DNA of 63,277 nucleotides, the filler included, from Octopus bimaculoides (taxonomy: Eukaryota): the NCBI RefSeq assembly GCF_001194135.2. It is 6 parts of 5 records of this genome, joined end to end, with 100 filler letters (N's around TTAATTAATTAA, not from the genome) between each part and the next. Parts side by side here need not be neighbours in the genome. Positions count along the whole stretch, not along the records: positions 43,877 to 56,498 come from NC_068998.1; positions 56,599 to 62,047 come from NC_069002.1; positions 62,148 to 63,277 come from NW_026341582.1; 3 more parts are not named here. One strand, given 5' to 3'. Position 1 is the stretch's first letter. The number at the start of each line of letters is the position of its first letter. The notes below the pieces were generated by a model. It ran no database searches. It had not been told where the DNA came from and saw nothing but the letters and a program-made list of their open reading frames with translations. This document shows positions 50,953 to 63,277 of the stretch, one piece after another. The position numbers and the translations under genes were made by a program.

Positions 50953-52714
50953 CATCATTATCATCATTACTATTTTCCCTTTTTCTTCCCCTCTCCCTAT
51001 ATATACACGCGTGCGTATGTTTATATATATGTATATGTATATATATACATGTGTGTGTATATATATATGTATATATATANNNNNNNNNNNNNNNNNNNNN
51101 NNNNNNNNNNNNNNNNNNNNNNNNNNNNNNNNNNNNNNNNNNNNNNNNNNNNNNNNNNNNNNNNNNNNNNNNNNNNNNNNNNNNNNNNNNNNNNNNNNNN
51201 NNNNNNNNNNNNNNNNNNNNNNNNNNNNNNNNNNNNNNNNNNNNNNNNNNNNNNNNNNNNNNNNNNNNNNNNNNNNNNNNNNNNNNNNNNNNNNNNNNNN
51301 NNNNNNNNNNNNNNNNNNNNNNNNNNNNNNNNNNNNNNNNNNNNNNNNNNNNNNNNNNNNNNNNNNNNNNNNNNNNNNNNNNNNNNNNNNNNNNNNNNNN
51401 NNNNNNNNNNNNNNNNNNNNNNNNNNNNNNNNNNNNNNNNNNNNNNNNNNNNNNNNNNNNNNNNNNNNNNNNNNNNNNNNNNNNNNNNNNNNNNNNNNNN
51501 NNNNNNNNNNNNNNNNNNNNNNNNNNNNNNNNNNNNNNNNNNNNNNNNNNNNNNNNNNNNNNNNNNNNNNNNNNNNNNNNNNNNNNNNNNNNNNNNNNNN
51601 NNNNNNNNNNNNNNNNNNNNNNNNNNNNNNNNNNNNNNNNNNNNNNNNNNNNNNNNNNNNNNNNNNNNNNNNNNNNNNNNNNNNNNNNNNNNNNNNNNNN
51701 NNNNNNNNNNNNNNNNNNNNNNNNNNNNNNNNNNNNNNNNNNNNNNNNNNNNNNNNNNNNNNNNNNNNNNNNNNNNNNNNNNNNNNNNNNNNNNNNNNNN
51801 NNNNNNNNNNNNNNNNNNNNNNNNNNNNNNNNNNNNNNNNNNNNNNNNNNNNNNNNNNNNNNNNNNNNNNNNNNNNNNNNNNNNNNNNNGCGGTGGTGGT
51901 GATGGCGGTGGTGGTGATGGCGGTGGTGGTGATGGCGGTGGTGGTGATGGCGGTAGTAGTCGTAATGAAGATGTGGGGGTGTTATTGAGGCTGTTGATGA
52001 TTGTGATGGTGGTGGTGGTGTTAGCAGCGGGCTGGTGTTGGTCTTGTCATGGTGACAATGATGACGATGATGATGATGACAACGACGATGAGGATGATGA
52101 TGACGACGACGACGACGATGATGATGAGTGTGATGGGTGATGATGATGATGATGATGGTGATGAGGATCATCCACCCCATACCACCCACGTGGATACTAA
52201 ACCGGGTGGGATATAACGGAGAACTATGTCATGAATTCTAGTTGATCAAACAGCATTTCTTCTAATGTACCCGGTTTTGGGAGATATCTACATATCTCTA
52301 ATAATACATTTATAATCCACCCTTTCCTCCACCCGTCCACCAGGCTCATCCGCTCCACCCGTCCACCTGTGTTATCCCTAAAAACCGTCCAACCCACTCA
52401 ACGTCAACATACATATGTATATTTATTTTACACACTCGTACGCACACACATATATACATGAACATCTGCATACACACATGTATACACACACATGAACACG
52501 TGCATAAACGCACATACACACACTCAGATACGCACACGTAAACACACACACAAACACACACAAACGTAAACAAACACAAACACACACACACACAAACACA
52601 CACACACAAACACACACACACATATACACACACACATATATACAAACATACACATTAACGCACATATGCTCGTATGCGTAAACACACATATACATACATA
52701 CGCATATCTAATAT

Positions 52715-53055
52715 TGGTTTCAAATGTTGGCACAAGGCCAGCAAGTTAGGGGAGGAGCTAAGTTGCTTACATCGACCCCAGTAGTCGACTGGTACTCATT
52801 TTGCCGACTCCGAAATGTCGTGAGACAGTACCACAAGGCAATACGTCCCAAAATCTACATGAATACTCTTTCTAATTTTGGCACGTGGCCGGCAATTTTG
52901 GGTAGAGGAGGCAAGTCGATTACATCGACCCCAGTATTTGACTGGTACTTTATATTATCGATTCCGAAAGGATGAAAGGTAAAGTTGACCTCAGCGGGAT
53001 TTGAAATCGGAACATAAAGCCGGAAGAAATGCCGTTAAACATGTCGTCCAACCTC
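52715..53055 (-). mobile_element. Two tandem family-B SINE copies
   Basis: TTGGCACAAGGCCAGCAA..ATCGACCCCAGTA..GACTGGTACT occurs twice (52715-52815 and 52875-53055). Confidence 0.8.
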
Positions 53056-53613
53056 TTAACGAGTGACTATGGTGGCATCTCGCAGATCTGTTGCCTATTA
53101 AAACATAAATTTCTAACAAAATCACGAAAGAATCCAGCTTTCTGCAGCGGAAGGCTCAATCAATGACCTTATCTGGTATCAATATCTGATCGTCATTCAT
53201 TCTATTGACTTTTGAACCACGAATTAAAAACAAAAGGCCACAGACGAAGGAAGGATTTGAAATCGGAACACACAGGTACGTAACTCCACACCATAAACAT
53301 TCGAACAGTGATTTTCTCATTTCTAAAATCCATCATCCATCATCGACCAAGCTCACACCAGCATACAAAAAAATGTATTAAAACATATAGTTCTTTAGAT
53401 TAATTATTTCAATAATTCTACTCTGATGTACAATATATTTTTTGCTTTACTTTATAAACAGTAGAAGATTGCCATTTTGATTCTTTCATTAATATATTTT
53501 CATTTCTGCTTCTTTTGATAATTTCAATTCCAAGACATTCGTTTTGTCAAAACTTCAACACCATAAATAACGGAGCGAAACAAAAAAATCTCTCAGATGG
53601 TCTTTATCAAATG

Positions 53614-53746
53614 TTAATCCATTAATCCAGCTGCGTTATCAACATGTCTTCTTGTGGATTCGTTTTGTTTCGAAAAGACTTGATCAGCCATCTTCGTCAT
53701 TTGTCTCGCATCATCAAAAGACATCTCTTCAAAGTTAGCTTCCTCC
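53614..53746 (-). CDS. Candidate terminal coding exon of an unidentified gene
   Basis: Branch-like CTAAT plus TTCTTCAAG| acceptor, then open frame EEANFEEMSFDDARQMTKMADQVFSKQNESTRRHVDNAAGLMD-stop. No homology recognised. Confidence 0.25.
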
Positions 53747-53850
53747 CTTGAAGAATTATTACAGTTTAATTAGAAATAAATCATTAACGCTAATGATGAC
53801 TTGCATTATTACTTCAGTTTCTCTCTCTCTCACATACTTTCTTATATATG

Positions 53851-53888
<38 letters not shown>

Positions 53889-53978
53889 CATATAAATAAA
53901 TATATATATTTATATATGCATATATATAAATCTATCTGTGTATATATATGTATATAAGTATGTATATATATGTGCGTG

Positions 53979-54018
<40 letters not shown>

Positions 54019-54113
54019 ATATATATATATGTATATACATATGTATAAATGTATATATGTGTATATATGTATATATATATTATATTCATATATATATATG
54101 TATACATAATGTG

Positions 54114-54171
<58 letters not shown>

Positions 54172-54839
54172 AATATTAAATTTTGTATATGTTATTTAAC
54201 GTGGGTTATACTGATATACTGGATAAAACCACAAAACTGCATATTAATCATGTGAAAACTTCTTGTAAAGACGTATAGTGCTAAAAAGCACAGACGTCTT
54301 TCAATAGTAGATGAAAAGTTTTGAACAGCGGTGGTGGAATAGCTAAATCAGGATTTCTCTGTCTTTGCACGTCATTAGTGACATGTAATCACTATCAACC
54401 ACTTTGACAAAAATCACGTTTATTGATATTGAAACAAGTGTGATTAACAAATCACTGGCGTCGCAAATAGGAAGCGGGTTGAGTAAAATTTCGTTATTGA
54501 CAATGGTAGCAGCATTTGTTCAGAACAGCATTCTGTATACCTTACCTAACGTGGATACGCTATCGAAAAACACAAAACTGTAGTTTTCGTCCCAAGAAAG
54601 CTTCCCGTACTGGCCTATAGTGCTAAAAAGCACAGATGTGTATCAGCGGCAGACTAATAATGTAAATGATGATGATGGTGATGATGGTGATGGTGACATA
54701 CATACATACAAACAAATATACATTCATATGCACACATGAGAGCTTTTATACATACATACATACACACACACTTATATACAAGAAATAAAGGGAAACAAGA
54801 GGACAAGCAAAAGGACGAAAAACGAAGCTATATATTGAT

Positions 54840-55643
54840 GCGACCTTCAGACATCAGTCTACTGACCAGCGTGGTCAGCTGAGGTCATAGTGCCCCGTGG
54901 TACATCTTTCTTTCACATTGCTTCTCACCTGTTCGTCAATTTTTGTGATGGCTGAAACGAAGGAACAGCGAGCTTCCGTGAAATTCTGCTTTCTGCTGGG
55001 GAAAACGGCAACTGAACCAATTGTCATGCTTCAAACAGCTCACATGGACGCTGCCATGAGCAAAACACAAGTTTACGAGTGGTTTTCGCGCTTTAGGAAT
55101 GGTGACTTGTCGCTCGAAGACCAACCGCGTTCAGGACGACCGTCGATCTCCAGAACGAATGAAAACAATATGAATATTCATAAACTTATCTTGGAGGATC
55201 GTCATCGAACAATCGATGAACTTGTTGATATGATTGGTGTCTCCTGGAACTCCTGTTTTGAGCGAGGAATTGCAAATGAAAAGAGTTGCAGCAAAATTTG
55301 TGCCTTGCTTGCTTACGGAAGATCAAAAGCAGTCACGACTGAATGCGTGTCGCGAACTAAAAGAACAGTCGGAAGTTGATCCAGACCTTTTTTCGAAAGT
55401 TATCACAGTTGACGAAAACTGGTACTACGGAATTTGCAGATGTGGAAGAGGTGACGACAAGAAAAAACAAAAAAAAACGCATCACTTCGCAAGAGCTCCA
55501 GCACCGCATCCAACAGTGGAAAACGCGGCTGGACCAATGCAATGCTTCAAATGGAGAACATATTGAAGGCGATAAAAATGTAAATATGTAAAACTAAATG
55601 AATAAATTATTGCAAAATTCCGGTTTCTTTTGGGTACTCCCTC

Positions 55644-55645
<2 letters not shown>
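54840..55645 (+). mobile_element. Internally deleted mariner element
   Basis: MAETKEQRASVKFCFLLGKT..VYEWFSRF..EDQPRSGRPS..VAAKFVP..ITVDENW, jumping directly to FADVEEV..QWKTRLDQC. Right TIR ..TTTGGGTACTCCCTCGT followed by TA repeats. Confidence 0.88.
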
Positions 55646-55680
<35 letters not shown>

Positions 55681-55771
55681 CATACATATGCGTGTGTGTG
55701 TGTGTGTGCGCGGGCGTGTCTGCGTATGTGTGTGTGTATATATCTATATATGTGTATATGAATGTACATAC

Positions 55772-55820
<49 letters not shown>

Positions 55821-56017
55821 CATATATACATACATATATACATACATACATGCATATATATATATGTATATATACATACATACATACATATATATATATG
55901 CATGCATACCACACACTTATATAAAATGTTGGGTGAGCTAGTGTAGGTTTATGTGCTTTTGAGTGTATATGATGGAAGAATCGCATATCTCGACGAAAGT
56001 ATGTGCCGAGAGCTTAC

Positions 56018-56109
56018 GTGTGGGTTGGTGGGCGAGCCTATGTTACTGGAGCAAAGTGTACTGGCGGACACATACGTTTCTGATACCGCCAACACCTCGC
56101 GACGACTCG
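56018..56109 (-). other. Candidate 92-nt exon
   Basis: Long T tract plus GCAG| acceptor (56110) and CAC|GTAAGC donor (56017). One open frame SRREVLAVSETYVSASTLCSSNIGSPTNPH. Confidence 0.35.
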
Positions 56110-56868
56110 CTGCAAAAAGAAAAAAAAAGAACAAAAAGAAAAAAAAAAACTTCTATAGAATTCTTGTTCAAATTCCCACATCTTTAGAATTTCATGATGA
56201 ACAAGTTTAATAATAATAATAATAATAATAACAGCCAGCATTACTATCAACGACAACAAGCGTTACAGCAGGCAACGAACAGAAGAGACGGCAGCAGCAG
56301 CGCGCGTCCTGGGTGGCTATAGTGTTTGATAAGCTTACTGTCTGACAAGGTTATCTGCTGTTGCTGTCAAACTTGTCTACATGAGGGCGCTGTGTCATTG
56401 GGTGTAAAGACCATGGCTTGTCAATGACGTCACTCATTTACTTCAACTATTATCATTAGATGCTTCATACGTACATGCAAACACATACATACATATATNN
56501 NNNNNNNNNNNNNNNNNNNNNNNNNNNNNNNNNNNNNNNNNNTTAATTAATTAANNNNNNNNNNNNNNNNNNNNNNNNNNNNNNNNNNNNNNNNNNNNAT
56601 ATATAATTTTATTTAAAAGAGTTCCAATTCTGTCTGTTTTTTATATTTTATTTATATTCTTGCAAAATTAATGTGAGATATAGAATATGGAATATATAAT
56701 ATATAATATAAAAATAGATGGTAAAATGAAATGAAGTATTGAATGTCTTATTGAATATATGAAATATTGAGTATTCAATATAGGGAATTAAATATATAAA
56801 GGCGAATACGTATTTTCATACCTAGTGGTTATTCATCAAGGCCTTCGTCTGACAGACTGTAACTGTTT

Positions 56869-56926
<58 letters not shown>

Positions 56927-57093
56927 CCTCTCTAAAGATATCACGCTCTCCTTCAGTTCATATGTGCGTATACATATATATATATATAGAGAGAGAGAGA
57001 GACAGAGAGACAGAGAGACAGAGAGAGGGGGAGAGAGAGAGAAAAAGAGAGTGGTAGAAAGAGAACAAACAGAATAAATAGAAGTCAATAGAA

Positions 57094-57141
<48 letters not shown>

Positions 57142-57692
57142 TCCGTGTGTGTGTCTGTTTATATTTTCTATATGAATTAAATTGTTTTTATCGAGTGATG
57201 CCAAATGTTTTGCTTTTTCATTTTGCATTTCAATCAACACCACGTGCATGTACACACACAGACACACACGTACGCACACATACACACACGCGCGCACACG
57301 CACAAACATTAATTTTTAATCGGCAAAAATGTTACAAAACTTATTCAAGAACCGAGAGTTGCATAGCATTTATCACATACACACACACATACACACACAC
57401 ATACACACATGCATATCGTATACTATATTATGTATGTAGGTACATGCATGTATGTATGTATGTATGTATGTATGTATGTATGTATACGCGTTCGAGCGAG
57501 CGCGTATTGCGTTCGTACGTGCGTGCGTGCGTGCGTGCGTGCATGCGTGTGTATATACCAAACAGTCCGGTGAGAGAATGGTAAAAAAAAAGGGGGTGCC
57601 CCGATGAATATTGAGCAAGGACATACATAAAAGAGGAGGAGGGGGGTAAGGACAAAAATAATAAAGAAGTGGGGAACAAAACGTCTAACAAG

Positions 57693-57724
<32 letters not shown>

Positions 57725-57741
57725 CTAATATCATTACCATC

Positions 57742-57773
<32 letters not shown>

Positions 57774-57957
57774 CATCATCATCGTTATCGTCATTACGAT
57801 CATCAGTCAAGACTCAAGCCCCACCCCATTGCCCCAAACCCTTCTTTACCCCTACCCAATCCTTAAAGAAGAGTGGTCTGGGTATTTTGTTTTTTTTGTT
57901 TCTTTTCTTTGCTCTGCTATTCAGCATCCCTCTCCTGGTTCTTTCATAAACATCAGG

Positions 57958-57991
<34 letters not shown>

Positions 57992-58826
57992 NNNNNNNNN
58001 NNNNNNNNNNNNNNNNNNNNNNNNNNNNNNNNNNNNNNNNNNNNNNNNNNNNNNNNNNNNNNNNNNNNNNNNNNNNNNNNNNNNNNNNNNNNNNNNNNNN
58101 NNNNNNNNNNNNNNNNNNNNNNNNNNNNNNNNNNNNNNNNNNNNNNNNNNNNNNNNNNNNNNNNNNNNNNNNNNNNNNNNNNNNNNNNNNNNNNNNNNNN
58201 NNNNNNNNNNNNNNNNNNNNNNNNNNNNNNNNNNNNNNNNNNNNNNNNNNNNNNNNNNNNNNNNNNNNNNNNNNNNNNNNNNNNNNNNNNNNNNNNNNNN
58301 NNNNNNNNNNNNNNNNNNNNNNNNNNNNNNNNNNNNNNNNNNNNNNNNNNNNNNNNNNNNNNNNNNNNNNNNNNNNNNNNNNNNNNNNNNNNNNNNNNNN
58401 NNNNNNNNNNNNNNNNNNNNNNNNNNNNNNNNNNNNNNNNNNNNNNNNNNNNNNNNNNNNNNNNNNNNNNNNNNNNNNNNNNNNNNNNNNNNNNNNNNNN
58501 NNNNNNNNNNNNNNNNNNNNNNNNNNNNNNNNNNNNNNNNNNNNNNNNNNNNNNNNNNNNNNNNNNNNNNNNNNNNNNNNNNNNNNNNNNNNNNNNNNNN
58601 NNNNNNNNNNNNNNNNNNNNNNNNNNNNNNNNNNNNNNNNNNNNNNNNNNNNNNNNNNNNNNNNNNNNNNNNNNNNNNNNNNNNNNNNNNNNNNNNNNNN
58701 NNNNNNNNNNNNNNNNNNNNNNNNNTATAGGCACACACGTACAGATATATATTCACACATATCCGTATACTTATATATATTTAAGTGTGTATATATATAT
58801 ATATATATATATAAGCTTATATACGC

Positions 58827-58858
<32 letters not shown>

Positions 58859-59064
58859 AGACACGCTTACAAATCAATAAAAACTCATATAGATGGTGTT
58901 TGTTCGCACATGACGCATCTATGTATGTGTGTGTGTTGATATAGGATAAGTCGTTTGTATATACATACATAGAAGGGCACACATGCTAAGATAGACATAT
59001 ACATATAAATCTATGAGTAAAATCTTGTACGTGTTTGTTTGAATGGCTATACTTTAAATCCATT

Positions 59065-59098
<34 letters not shown>

Positions 59099-59115
59099 NN
59101 NNNNNNNNNNNNNNN

Positions 59116-59159
<44 letters not shown>

Positions 59160-59559
59160 TTGTTTTAATGTAAAGATTATTTGCTTAAATAATATATGCA
59201 TGTGTGTATGTATGTGTACGTATGCATGTATGTGTATGTATGTATATGTATATATGTATATACGTCTGTATGTATGCATAAATATACATATATACATATA
59301 TATACATATCTCTGTGTGTGTGCGCGCGCGCGTGTGAGTCGACTAAATTATAGTACTGCAATATATTCAAATTTTGCGTTTCAATTTTTGTTTTAACAAC
59401 AAGTTTTATGTTTAATAACGATTTCTATACGTAAGCGACACCTTACTTCAAGGTTAAAATGTTGATAATATATATAAAAAAATTCAATATTACAGCAATT
59501 TTAGGATAAATTTTATTTTGTTATCAAATTATTTTCAAATTAATACATTTCTCCATTCA

Positions 59560-59790
59560 CAACTCGTTTGTAGAATCATCTTATCTTTTACTCTTCTACT
59601 GACTTCACTTGAGACATATAATTCATAAAATAGGAATATATAGTAAGTATTTTTATTGCAGCATACTACTAAATGAGCACTTAGTGGGATCTGTCAGCCT
59701 TCACTTTCCCTAATTTGTTGCCGCTGTACTTGCATACGCTCTGATAGTGAATTTCCAGTTAGTGTATATGTTTTTACTTGTTTGTATTGA
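59560..59790 (-). mobile_element. Penelope-like GIY-YIG endonuclease C-terminal remnant
   Basis: TYTLTGNSLSERMQVQRQQIRE..QIPLSAHLVVC..FLFYEL (cf. YIGxTGNSLRERMxVHRQQI..LSEHL). Confidence 0.55.
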
Positions 59791-60943
59791 TGATTACGTT
59801 TAAAATAATGACGGTATTCAATAACGGGACTAAAATACTTGACGGGATCCTTTGTCATTTTTATACCTGCATAATTAAATTTGTTACATCCAATTTTTAC
59901 TTTTGTCAAAACAGGTTTTACATGCACCACCCATTGCTATTTTTCTGAATGATTGGTGGCAATTGAGAAACAGCGAAGGTAGAGAAAGACATTTGGATCA
60001 GAGAATAGAAGTTCTGAAAAACTATACCAAATGAACTGAACCATACGAACTTCTACGAAGAAAAATTAATCTGATACTAGCCGGCATAACAAACTGACAA
60101 AGATTTCCCAAGCACAAAAATCAATATATAGCAAAGACTCCAGAGTAAAACAACCCAGGAGATTGAATCAGTTTTCTCATTGTTGTGATGTTTCGTTATC
60201 AGTACCTCTGAAATTTGCTATTCCGTCAAGTGTAGGAATTATTCCAGCAACAGATAAGCTAAATCATTGCAACCATCATTATGTTATTCCATAAGTAATG
60301 CATCTCAGTTGTGTCATTACAACCACCACTGTATTTTGTCATGGAAAATATCTTCGGTGTAGACAAATAGGTATAAACACACCAAGCCAGTTGGAAGTAC
60401 CCCTTACCCAGACCAATGGATGCATGCATTCCATATATATGTGTGTGTGATTAAAATCCAGAGGTAGTGGGGGACAAACACGGACACAAATATATATATA
60501 CGTGTGTGTGTGTGTGTGTGTGTGTGTGAGTATGTGTGTGTGGTACATGTGTGTGTGTGTGTGTGTNNNNNNNNNNNNNNNNNNNNNNNNNNNNNNNNNN
60601 NNNNNNNNNNNNNNNNNNNNNNNNNNNNNNNNNNNNNNNNNNNNNNNNNNNNNNNNNNNNNNNNNNNNNNNNNNNNNNNNNNNNNNNNNNNNNNNNNNNN
60701 NNNNNNNNNNNNNNNNNNNNNNNNNNNNNNNNNNNNNNNNNNNNNNNNNNNNNNNNNNNNNNNNNNNNNNNNNNNNNNNNNNNNNNNNNNNNNNNNNNNN
60801 NNNNNNNNNNNNNNNNNNNNNNNNNNNNNNNNNNNNNNNNNNNNNNNNNNNNNNNNNNNNNNNNNNNNNNNNNNNNNNNNNNNNNNNNNNNNNNNNNNNN
60901 NNNNNNNNNNNNNNNNNNNNNNNNNNNNNNNNNNNNNNNNNNN

Positions 60944-61006
<63 letters not shown>

Positions 61007-61529
61007 GAGAAAGATTTTCTTGTATGCATGTTTAATTAAATATATGATTATGTTCAAATTTTATTTTTTTATTCCAAATTTTTCATATTTTCTTATCAAA
61101 CTTTTTACAGTTGGTTTGAAACAATAGAGGTCCTATTTGTTTGTTATCTTTCTTGATCATTTAAAGTTCACTTTATTTTACATTTTGTTTTTGACTTTGA
61201 GTAAATAATTAATTTTTGTATTATTATCCATGATAAAAAGCTAAAAAAAAATATGAAATATGTAAAATAAATTAAATTAAATAAAACTAGGACACAGCCA
61301 TGTATTTAATGAAACATATATATACATATGTATATATGTATGTATACATATGTATATATGTATGAACATGTATCGCTAAAGGCGTGAAATTGTTCTGATT
61401 TTTGAACGATAATTGATAAGGAAAGAGCATGTCTCCATCTTGTGTGTGAATTTTCCGTGTTCCTTTGTCGTCTTTCTGTGCAATTTTTAAATCTCTGTGT
61501 GTGTGTGTGATTGTGTGTGTGTGTGATTG

Positions 61530-61574
<45 letters not shown>

Positions 61575-61579
61575 TTCTG

Positions 61580-61805
61580 TGTGTGTGTATGTCTTTGTGT
61601 CTGTGTTTGTCCCACCTTTGACAACCAACGTTGTTTTGTTTCCCTCACCGTAACTTAGCAGTTCAGCATTAGAAACCTATAAAGTAAGTACCAGTATTTT
61701 AGAAAAATAAGTACTGCGGTCGATTCATTCGACTAAAAATTCTTCAAGGCGGTGCCCCAGCATGGCCGCAGTCCAACGACTGAAGCAAGTAAAAGATAAA
61801 AGAAA
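61580..61805 (+). mobile_element. SINE family A 3' half
   Basis: GTGTCTGTGTTTGTCCC..CGTAACTTAGCAGTTC..AAGGCGGTGCCCCAGCATGGCCGCAGTC..CAAGTAAAAGA. Confidence 0.85.
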
Positions 61806-63277
61806 ACAAAAGATATTGATTAATTAATCTATTTTGGAAAGGATTTGTCGAGGGATGTGACGAATTAGGGAACCAATATCCGGTATTTATCGAGAGGGAG
61901 TTAGTTTGTCCTGGAGAAACAAAATTGGAAAAGATGTCACAAGACACAATGGTGTCAACCAGGGTTAAGAACATTTGTATTTACTTATCAAGAGGGGGGG
62001 GAATTCGATATAGCATCAACAAAGACATGATTCGTTTTGTATCCTCTNNNNNNNNNNNNNNNNNNNNNNNNNNNNNNNNNNNNNNNNNNNNTTAATTAAT
62101 TAANNNNNNNNNNNNNNNNNNNNNNNNNNNNNNNNNNNNNNNNNNNNCCCCCCCCAACAGCATAACATGACAAACACATTCTACTACCATTGATGTGTGT
62201 GTATGTGTGAGAATATATGTATGCATGTGTTTGTGTGTGTGTGTATGTGTGGAGTGTTGATTGTTAGGCGTGTGTGAGCATGCTGCAGAAATCTTTTGAA
62301 AACGGTGGATATTGTATACACAACTTCAAGCACAATGAATGTGTATGTGTGTGTTATATGTAAATGTGTGTGTGTTGTATATATGTCACGAATTTCCTCG
62401 AAGACTTATCCACATTAAACGAAATACATTTAACACACGTAAACACATGCATACATACATACAATACAAATATACATAACACACATATAAACATATATAT
62501 GTGTGTGTGTACATATATTTATACACATACACACACAGACTCTTACGTACATATATCCATGTACACGCATACTTCTTACATNNNNNNNNNNNNNNNNNNN
62601 NNNNNNNATGTACACACGTACATACACCAATAGATATACATTAACACACACATATGCACATTTTCACACGAAGATATTATCGTCATTATACACATACACA
62701 CTTGCCATTACACACACACACACAATATGCAGNNNNNNNNNNCATTATACACATACACACTTGCCATTACACACACACACACAATATGCAGATATTATAT
62801 ACACACCTTGCCTTAAGGTTACGTGTACACATACATAGACGCATCAAACTGTCTTCCTGACATAATAAATATACACACCGTTTTGCTTGCATTACCCAAA
62901 TATATACATACCGTGTTACTCACATTGTACACATTTATATACACAACCTTATTGTCATTTCGCATATATACACACATCGTCTTGTTTACGTTACAAACCT
63001 ACATACATGAAGACATACATACATACACACACATACATACATATACACACAGGTCTGCTGACACAACACACACCTATATAAATTACATACACACACTGTT
63101 TACATTTCATACACATATACACACGTACAGTTTACACAGCATAAACACACACACCTACACATACACACACACGTATACATTTTACTCACATGTGTACATT
63201 AATACATATAGTCATTCATTCATACGTACTCAAATACAAACACAGGTGCGTATATATGTATATGAATGCGCACACAC

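Noticed and set aside
59915-60034. Plus-strand exon VLHAPPIAIFLNDWWQLRNSEGRERHL..
   Set aside because: Lies next to or within a minus-strand Penelope remnant; no recognisable homology.

Overview
Eukaryotic, AT-rich, microsatellite-saturated genomic DNA with many N gaps. The SINE families and the (TA)n/(CA)n/(TAA)n/(GA)n load look like an octopus (coleoid cephalopod) draft assembly; this is an inference. I find no complete host gene, rRNA, true tRNA gene or CRISPR array, and almost all listed ORFs are microsatellite or gap artefacts. The window is a transposon graveyard. It holds more than 20 copies or fragments of two tRNA-derived SINE families (called A and B here), three R4/Dong-type LINE fragments, one RTE 3' end and three to four decayed Penelope-like elements. 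It also holds two mariner elements, a DD37D-type fragment and a 208-bp MITE. The most notable item is a 1.64-kb element (38694-40334) with both ends and a 6-bp target duplication. It splits a family-B SINE inside its tRNA head and seems to carry only an L1/Tx1-type ORF1. Also notable are a tRNA-headed SINE with a hammerhead-like core, two perfect DNA hairpins, an inverted pair of SINE heads, a minisatellite grown from a SINE, and weak minus-strand exon candidates at 53.6-56.4 kb.
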